Source: Tubiluchus corallicola
Lineage: Eukaryota > Animalia > Priapulida
Length of the DNA: 5,873 nt
Direction: 5' to 3'
Assembly: GCA_030141605.1 (NCBI GenBank)
Contig: JAQGDQ010002257.1
Span: forward strand, 1-5,873
A program made the position numbers and the translations under genes. The notes beneath the pieces are model-generated. The model was not told the origin of the DNA and did not search any database. It was given only the letters and a program-made list of their open reading frames with translations. Shown piece after piece: positions 1 through 5,873 of the stretch. Position 1 is the stretch's first letter, and the number at the start of each line of letters is the position of its first letter.

Positions 1-184
1 GTGACTTAAATCTATATATCGTATAGATTGAATTTAATATGTCCGCTTAGTTTCTAATTGCTATAAGGTGAATCTTTCACCTGACTCCGAGAGCTTTGGA
101 TATCAGTCTAGTAAGCAATGATCGTCTTATCTAAACTTCACCTTGACCTTCGCGTTGTGAGAAAGGTCTATATCTCTCAAGTTT
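1..184 (-). mobile_element. Putative 5' leader (internal region) of the LTR element, continuing past the left edge
   Basis: Lies downstream of the PBS-like site on the minus strand and is non-coding. Contains several short inverted repeats: 9-16/22-29, 66-72/76-82 and 145-150/163-168. Confidence 0.35.
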
Positions 185-202
185 CCTAGCTACGCCCCCG
201 CA
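185..202 (-). other. Primer-binding-site-like sequence next to the LTR 3' end
   Basis: The minus strand reads ...CA-TAT-TGCGGGGGCGTAGCTAGG, a GC-rich 18-mer 3 nt after the LTR end, where a PBS is expected. It lacks a perfect TGG start. It only partly resembles tRNA-Pro/Cys/Gly PBSs, so no tRNA is assigned. Confidence 0.35.
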
Positions 203-321
203 ATATGAGCGATAGTTAATTCAAAGCGAACTAATCAGATTCGTATATCGGAAATAGTGTTGCTTGAGTTAAACCCTGATAACATACATTAACTCAATCG
301 TTAAATGTCAAAGAGAATTGT

Positions 322-327
322 TTTATT
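322..327 (-). terminator. Candidate polyadenylation signal (AATAAA) of the LTR
   Basis: TTTATT on + reads AATAAA on -, about 115 bp before the LTR 3' end. Confidence 0.35.
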
Positions 328-823
328 GATTTACAATAATTACTGCTTAAGTATATCTTACAAGATTTAGTCCTTAAGCGCTTTTGACGCTCACAACTAT
401 TTTGTTAGCTTCCCAAAAGTATCCCTCTGAACAATTCTTCAATTCCTAATTCCTATCACCTAAGGTGTATACTTTACACTTATCCTCACTATAGTACAAT
501 GTGAACTTATACGAACTACTGCTTAGTTAATATGCGCAGTTAATTCTCAGTTTTACCAATATGTTAAGGTTACTTAACTCTGCGGATTTGACCCAATGTA
601 CAATACAATTTGGTCAATTCCGATAGCTGATACAAGATTTCCCGTTGCTCAGTGCCCAGATTATCCTAGGAATGCAGAAAGATGTCTACGCTGAACTTCC
701 AGAGTTGTCTTGTTGATCGAATAACCCTCCGTGTGATTTCCCGTGCACACAGCACGTGACTTGTTCCAGTACGTTTCGAGATGTACTGGCTGGAACTAGC
801 GCTGAGTTATTCGAACTCGGGGC

Positions 824-828
824 TTATA
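824..828 (-). promoter_or_regulatory. Candidate TATA box of the LTR promoter
   Basis: The minus strand reads GAAATATAAGCCCC, about 185 bp inside the LTR 5' end and directly downstream of a duplicated 11-mer. Confidence 0.35.
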
Positions 829-837
829 TTTCATTGA

Positions 838-860
838 AGTAACCTTGCAGTAACCTTGCA
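838..860. repeat. Tandem duplication (AGTAACCTTGC)x2
   Basis: Exact 11-bp copies at 838-848 and 849-859, plus A860. Confidence 0.9.
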
Positions 861-1261
861 CAATTTCTGCGGCGTATGAAGCATCAAAATTTATGGGACA
901 AGTTTGAAGACGCAGTCATTATATGCCCGTAAAACGTATCCGTGTTCTTTCTTTAAGAAACAATGACCTCTCAGAGTTTTGTTAATTACTAGCAATTTGT
1001 GCATATCGCTCATTATAAACGGTACATCCGTCTCAACTTAATGTTAGCTAATTATCCTAAGCATCTTAGAGTGTCCTGACGTAAACGCTATTTTTAGTTC
1101 TGACAACCTACGCTGTTTACAGTTCATTAAATCCGAGCTTTTCAGCTGGGTGAGTTTCTTATTGCACCATCTGTAAATTTATTCATGCAATCAGGGAGGC
1201 AGGCAACCTTATACCAAAATATCGAAAATCATCGATTTATAAATTTATTCACCACATTAAT

Positions 1262-3830
1262 AACTATGAAAATTTATGGATAGAATTGGACTCAAATGTT
1301 GGAGTGGTAGTTGGGCTAATTTACCGACATCCAGGACTTTGGATTCTTTAAAGCATTTTAAATCTGATCTTGAAAGCACAATAAAAATTGCAAAAGCGGA
1401 ACACAAAAAATTATATATTATGGGTGATCTCAACATTGATCTTCTGAAATGTGATAATTTTGCAGCTCAATATATTGATATGTTACTTTCGCAGTTTTGT
1501 TACCCTTTAATTACAAGACCAACCAGAGTCAAATCAAAAACTGTAATTGATCACATCTACAGTATTTGTATAAACACTGAAATTAATTCTGGTATATGCC
1601 TTTATAATATTAGTGATCATTTGCCAATTTTTGCAACAGTAAAAAATATTAGCGTAACTAGAGATAAAAATTACAAAATTCATAAACGTAATTTCAAAAA
1701 TTTTAATAAACAAAACTTTATAGATAACATAGAAACTAGTTTCTTAAATCTTGAACAATATCTTACTTGTAATAGTCCCACAGAATATTATAATTATTTT
1801 TTAAATACATTAATTTCTACTATAGATAAACATGCACCATTAAGAATGCTTTCAAAAAAAGAATGCAAATCATTAGAAAAACCTTGGATTACTAGAGGAA
1901 TACTTGTTAGTGTTAGGAAAGAATATATGTCTCATTATTTAAATCTAATGATGTGAATAAGCAAGATAAATATAAAACATATGCCAATATCATGAATAAA
2001 TTAAAACATAAAAGCAAAGAACTATATTATATTAAGAAATTTCAGTCAGCTAATAAGGATATTAAATCAATGTGGAAAATAGTCAATGAACTAGTAAAAC
2101 TAAAAGCCCGAAAGAACTGTCCTACTAAATTAGTTATTAATAATGAGCAAATAACCCAACCCCCGTTAATGCCTGATAAATTTAATAAGTTTTTTGTTGA
2201 AGTTGGATCAACATTGGAACAAAATATTCCAAATGTCAATAAGCATCATCTTTCGTATTTAACTGGTAATCTCGCTAATGAATTTAGATTTGAACCTACT
2301 AATGAAGTAGAAGTGCTTTCATTATTAACAGGACTTAAGGGTAAGAAAGCCCCTGGTGCAGATGGTGTCATTAATTTTTTTCTTAAAATTGCTAGTTAAG
2401 TCATTTCAAAGCCATTAACTTTTATAATTAATCAATCATTTAATACTGGTACTTTTCCTGAACAGCTTAAACTCACTAAAGTAATTCCTGTTTATAAATC
2501 AAATAGTAAAACAAAGTTATCTAATTATCGACCAATTTCACTAATAAGTGTTTTTTCTAAAATACTTGAAAAAATCGCATTTAATCAACTGTCCTCTTTT
2601 CTTTTGCAAAACAAAGTTTTATATGACTATCAATTCGGTTTTCGAAAGTCGCATTCAACAGCATTAGCATTAATTGAAATAACTAATAAAATTGCAGAGG
2701 CGCTTGATAATGATCAGTATGTCTGTGGTCTGTTTATAGATTTATCAAAGGCATTTGATACGGTAAATCATTGTATTCTTCTAGACAAATTGCATTGTTA
2801 TGGTATAAGACATATCAGCTCAATCATGGTTCAAAAGTTACCTTTGTGATCGCTCCAGTATGTCGAACTAAATGGATGTAAATCCAATACACTTCCCATT
2901 AAGCATGGTGTTCCCCAAGGTTCTACTCTAGGACCACTTTTATTTCTTCTATATATAAATGATATGCGACTAAGTTGCTCAAATTTAATCTTCAGACTTT
3001 TTAAAGATGACACAAATATTTTTTTAAGTGATTCAAATATAGATAACTTGGAGAGTGTTATGAATACCCAGTTAAATAAAGTAACAGAATGGTTGAATGT
3101 CAATAAGCTCTCATTGAATATTAATAAATCTAACTTCATGCTTCTAAAAAAGAAAAGGAGAACACCATCAAGAAATATAACCATAGTTCTTAGCAATGTT
3201 ATTGTTGAAAAAAAGTCACATGTTAAATATTTGGGAATATTTCTTGATGAGCACCTAGACTGGAAGTACCAAATAAGTATAATAAAGCATAAATTGAGTA
3301 AAACCTTGGGAATCATCTATAAGTTACGCAAGTTTGTTAATAGAGAAACATTGATGAAAATCTATTACAGTTTAGTCTACCCATATCTAATATATGACGT
3401 CATGTCTTGGGGTGGTGTATATAAAAGTAATCTGGAAACTTTGCAAATTACCAAGAACAAAATTCTCAAACTAATATATCATGTAAGGTATGACCATCCC
3501 ACAAATATAATTTTTTTGTCTGTTAAAATACTTAAAGTGAAAGAAATATATGACATGTATTGTCTCCATTTCATGTATCAGTATCCCAATTCACTACTTC
3601 CACCAGCTTTTCAGTCATACTTTAGTCCAGTTTCAAATTAACATGATCATTGCACAAGATATTCAGTCGAAAACTATGTACTCCCCCTTCCAAAAACAAA
3701 TATAATGAAACAGTTATCAAAATATAATGCTATTAAAATATGGTCATCAATTCCGCGTGAAATGAAAACTCTTAATCTCTATCAATTTAAAAAAGCATCA
3801 AAGAATTACCTACTACAACGGTATAATTAA
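1262..3830 (+). pseudogene. Disrupted LINE ORF2: apurinic-like endonuclease plus reverse transcriptase
   Basis: Manual reconstruction. APE part: NYENLWIELDSNVGVVVGLIYRHP (1262-1333), frameshift ~1335, GDLN (1423-1434), PTRV, IDHI, SDHLPI (1612-), KPWIT, frameshift ~1940. RT part: KAPGADG, in-frame stop 2397-2399, GTFPEQLK..VIPVYK..NYRPISL..SKILEK, QFGFRKSHST, FIDLSKAFDTVNH, frameshifts ~2811 and ~2855 around WFKSYL..R.QYV, GVPQGSTLGPLLFLLYIND, FKDD (3000-3011), KYLGI. C-terminus: in-frame stop 3639-3641, then HCTR..LP..KIWSSIP..FKK..LL, with the true stop TAA at 3828-3830. Provided ORFs 1276..1956, 1953..2399, 2604..2849 and 2964..3641 are fragments of this one ORF. Confidence 0.95.
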
Positions 3831-3939
3831 CTCACAATTTTACTCATCCTGATCTTAAGTTACTAACAAAACTTATTTCGTTCTAATGTATGCTATAACT
3901 GATGAAATGTAATGTTAATTGTCAATTGTTCACTTATCT

Positions 3940-4046
3940 GGAGGAGGACTCGAAAGCTAAATGCTCCTTCCTCCTCCTCACAGTAACTCGCATAGTTTAT
4001 TTTTTCAATGTTATATCAATTTATATGTATGTTTGGGTTGCTGTGG
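3940..4046 (+). other. LINE 3' UTR double stem-loop
   Basis: GGAGGAGGA (3940-3948) pairs perfectly with TCCTCCTCC (3969-3977). CACAGTAACTC (3979-3989) pairs with GGGTTGCTGTG (4035-4045) using two G-U pairs, which work on the sense RNA. Confidence 0.7.
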
Positions 4047-4050
4047 AAAA

Positions 4051-4073
4051 AATTCATAATTCATAATTTCCAT
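4051..4073 (+). repeat. LINE 3' tail (AATTCAT)x2 plus one degenerate copy
   Basis: AATTCAT (4051-4057), AATTCAT (4058-4064), AATTTCCAT (4065-4073), directly after the 3' stem. CR1/L2-group LINEs end in short tandem repeats rather than poly(A). Confidence 0.75.
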
Positions 4074-4439
4074 TTGGCTTCTTGGACTTGTATGTTCTTG
4101 TCTTTGCGACCATGAATAATTGATGTATTGTCTGCAAGTGACTCTGTCCAGCACTTACAATGGCGAAACAGTAACCCGGGGAAGCAAGTCCAAACTTTCA
4201 TGTCCGTATAATAAAGCCCTATAATAAAAGGCTATATATGCAAGACAGGTCTTTGAGCCAAAACTGAGTTTATTAGCTTCCTGTTTTGGCTAGCCACAAT
4301 GCAACGGTGCCATTTTTCACATTCAAATTTAGTTGATATTTTAGTTTTCAAAATGGTTGACAGTTTCAGTTACTTTTAGCATGAAGGTAACGCACTCTAT
4401 AAACCTACTTTTTAAAAGTTTTTTTAAGCAAGCTTTCGA

Positions 4440-4474
4440 TCGTTTCATTATATGGTCGTTTCATTATAAACGAC
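4440..4474. repeat. 13-bp direct repeat overlapping a 7-bp inverted repeat
   Basis: TCGTTTCATTATA at 4440-4452 and 4456-4468. GTCGTTT (4455-4461) and AAACGAC (4468-4474) are reverse complements. Confidence 0.85.
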
Positions 4475-4930
4475 TAGTTCCAGTTTCAACAGCAAAAGGT
4501 TCCTTGTGATAACTATCCCACGAAGCTCTTCATATGATGCGTTGTAACGTGTTGTCACAGTCACTGCATTTGCATCCATCAGCATCGTGATGCCAACTTG
4601 CTTTCTTCTTGTGACAAATACCCTACACTTGCTTTTTTCCTCTTTACGTTCCTATACCGGAACATAAGTTTGCTGCTACCGAAAGTCTATGCTAAGGTTG
4701 CCTTTGTTGTAAATAATATTGCTGGTTCTTAGTTAAACAAATCTTAATTTACAGGCAAATTTTGAATGTTTGAAATTCATTTTTAGTTTAGCCCCAGGTG
4801 TCGACAAGTAGCATTATGTCACTTTTCAGACTATGTGTCTAATTACAAAAACTTATTGAAAAGCGAAAAACCTTTGATTTCTGTTTATTCTACACAACTC
4901 TTGCTGACACATCTACCTATCCATTACATG
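4464..4930 (-). pseudogene. Highly degraded piggyBac-like transposase C-terminal fragment (Cys-rich domain)
   Basis: With a frameshift and stops, the minus strand gives YVPV*ERKEEKSKCRV/CHKKKASWHHDADGCKCSDCDNTLQRII*RASWDSYH (about 4666-4506). This follows the piggyBac CRD pattern CxxC...CxxC..LC...C[FW]xxYH. Further upstream are weak traces YM..VDVS (~4930-4904, cf. YNxxMGGVD) and HNA (cf. NA motif). Confidence 0.45.
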
Positions 4931-4973
4931 TACTACTAAAATTTTAATTCGTTATTTAGTTATCAAATTTCAA

Positions 4974-5003
4974 CCCCAATATGTGATGTTCCTGTATGGG
5001 AAT
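4974..5003 (+). repeat. Putative left terminus of a PGBD3-like piggyBac: TIR plus subterminal 16-bp palindrome
   Basis: TCAA (4970-4973, one mismatch from the TTAA target) is followed by CCCCAATATG-TGAT and then GTTCCTGTATGGGAAT (4988-5003). This is the layout of the MER85/PGBD3 5' end as I recall it (TTAA|CCCATTTATGCCTAGT-GTTCCATTATTGGAAC), with 12/16 matches in the palindrome. It lies ~125 bp upstream of the transposase remnant. Confidence 0.6.
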
Positions 5004-5128
5004 GTTAGGCAGTTTGTAGCACGAGACTTTCCTATTATACCAACAACTGCTGGGTAACAAAGTAACAATGGTTTTGGTTTCTTTGATGTAATAACTAGTT
5101 GTGCTATAGCAAATGTTGCTTAGTCTGA

Positions 5129-5873
5129 TCTGAGAGTGAGTCATCTGATGAAAAAAATCAATGATCAGCCAACAGCTAAACGTTTCAGAAGTCAACCAAA
5201 ATAGAGCAAAGCAGCCAATCCAAAATGTGATTTGCCAACATTGTTTGAGGGACAGATAATCAAAATTGTATAATTGCATCCGATTCTTTCAGACGTCACC
5301 CTTTCAAATGTGGTTAGCCTTTTTTACAGATGAGGTGATAACACAGAAGAGCACATAACACGCCATACAAATTTGTATACCAATAGAGTGAAGAATAACG
5401 TAGCGTAGTCTGTAAAGAGATCGACATTGTCAATTTTACAGGCATTTTATTGCTGTCCTGTTTCCATAAACTTCCAGAAAACTTCACTACTGGTCAAATC
5501 AATCTGTCCTGGGATGCGGAATTTTGAAGAATACCATGAGCAGAAATCGCCTGCAGTCCTCTAAGCAGTACATACGTTTTTGCTGCTAATCAAGCACTTT
5601 TGGAAGCAAACAAGATGGCAAAAATAGAGCTCATTTACAATAATGTTAAATGAGGCTTTAATAAAATATGATGCATTCCATTCCTTCTTGAACATTGATG
5701 AGTCTATGCCAAAACGTAGTGCCAAAACGTATATACCTGGAAAACCCAATGGCTTTGGACATAAGCTGTGGTGTATTGATGGGTATCCATACCAAATACA
5801 GGTTTATAAGAGCAAAGAAAAGTATGTGCCAGTCGTGCGGGAGACTCGCTCATAGATGTGGTTTTAGAAGTCA
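5129..5873 (+). pseudogene. PiggyBac transposase pseudogene (PGBD3-like), N-terminal half, running off the right edge
   Basis: Read across multiple frameshifts: SESESSDE / DQPTAKRFRSQPK* / PFQMWLAFFTDEVI / EHITRHTNLY / DIVNFTGILLLSCFHKLP / HYWSNQSVLGCGILKNTMSRNR..KQYIRF / NKMAKIELIY / MLNEAL...FHSFLNIDESM (first catalytic Asp at 5697-5699) ..AKTYIPGKPNGFGHKLWC.DGYPYQIQVY. These blocks are collinear with DDE_Tnp_1_7 (PGBD2/3-type) motifs. ORF 5643..5855 is one fragment. Confidence 0.92.

Larger units (their letters stand above)
206..1012 (-). mobile_element. Probable long terminal repeat (5' LTR of a minus-strand LTR retrotransposon), 807 bp
   Basis: Begins TGAGCGATA (206-214) and ends TATCGCTCA (1004-1012): a perfect 9-bp inverted repeat with canonical TG...CA ends. 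The minus strand has TATAA (828-824) and AATAAA (327-322) in U3-R-U5 order. No ORF is present. The flanks (CAATA / TTATA) are not a target-site duplication, which fits internal sequence continuing to the left. The partner LTR is not in the window. Confidence 0.6.
1240..4073 (+). mobile_element. 5'-truncated, inactive non-LTR retrotransposon (LINE) of the CR1/L2 group (Crack/Daphne-like)
   Basis: Contains an APE+RT ORF2 remnant, a ~220-nt 3' UTR with stem-loops and a short tandem-repeat tail. No ORF1 or N-terminal APE motifs are recognisable. The 5' boundary is approximate (somewhere in 1140-1262). The clade within the CR1/L2 group is tentative. Confidence 0.9.
4974..5873 (+). mobile_element. 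PiggyBac-superfamily DNA transposon fossil (PGBD3/MER85-like), right end outside the window
   Basis: Candidate TIR and palindrome plus a collinear transposase remnant in the same orientation. Confidence 0.8.

Noticed and set aside
150-199. tRNA gene or tRNA-derived SINE beginning GGGGGCGTAGCT on the minus strand
   Set aside because: No B box (GTTCRA) or cloverleaf follows.
2042-2239. 65-aa minus-strand ORF
   Set aside because: It is an antisense shadow of LINE ORF2 with no recognisable motif.
2831-3316. 161-aa minus-strand ORF
   Set aside because: It lies antisense to the RT core. Open antisense frames are common there, and it has no independent support.
1276-3641. Prokaryotic RT system (retron, group II intron, DGR, defence RT) or an operon of overlapping genes (1956/1953 overlap)
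   Set aside because: APE endonuclease fused to RT, a CR1/L2-type C-terminus, a 3' UTR and a repeat tail identify a eukaryotic LINE. The apparent gene overlaps are frameshift lesions.
2397-3641. Programmed stop read-through, recoding or an alternative genetic code for the in-frame TAA codons
   Set aside because: Several frameshifts co-occur and TAA is also the true terminator at 3828-3830, so neutral decay explains them.
3940-3948. GGAGGAGG as a Shine-Dalgarno site, and the hairpin as a rho-independent terminator
   Set aside because: The context is eukaryotic, with no downstream ORF or U-tract. It is one arm of the LINE 3' UTR stem.
4074-4439. Unassigned spacer with a short TATAATAAA repeat (4207-4215, 4220-4228), GTAACCC at ~4171 (possible decayed TTAACCC piggyBac end) and A/T palindromes
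   Set aside because: These are short, low-complexity motifs expected in AT-rich DNA, with no partner terminus to confirm them.
4956-5279. 107-aa minus-strand ORF
   Set aside because: It spans the piggyBac terminus and is antisense to the transposase N-terminus, with no domain motif.
5561-5749. 62-aa minus-strand ORF
   Set aside because: It is antisense to the piggyBac transposase remnant.
1-5873. CRISPR array, rRNA or intact host gene
   Set aside because: There is no repeat-spacer periodicity and no rRNA-like sequence, and all coding signal is explained by TE remnants.

Overview
This is AT-rich eukaryotic DNA (probably an invertebrate animal) made almost entirely of decayed transposable elements, with no intact protein-coding gene. 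From left to right: (1) a probable minus-strand LTR at 206-1012 (TG...CA, 9-bp terminal inverted repeat, TATA and AATAAA on the minus strand), followed by a PBS-like site and a hairpin-rich leader running off the left edge. (2) A 5'-truncated CR1/L2-group (Crack/Daphne-like) LINE on + at ~1240-4073. Its APE-endonuclease/RT ORF2 is broken by 4 frameshifts and 2 premature stops, and it keeps a structured 3' UTR and an (AATTCAT)n tail. (3) A very degraded minus-strand piggyBac-like C-terminal Cys-rich fragment at ~4464-4930. (4) A PGBD3-like piggyBac fossil on + from ~4974 to the window end, whose left end resembles the MER85/PGBD3 terminus (TIR plus GTTCC-N6-GGAAC-type palindrome). I find no well-supported novel biological system. 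The best leads are the PGBD3-type end and palindromes, the LTR, the LINE 3' RNA structure and a candidate 27-nt microexon. All family assignments come from motif recall and manual translation, not from database searches.
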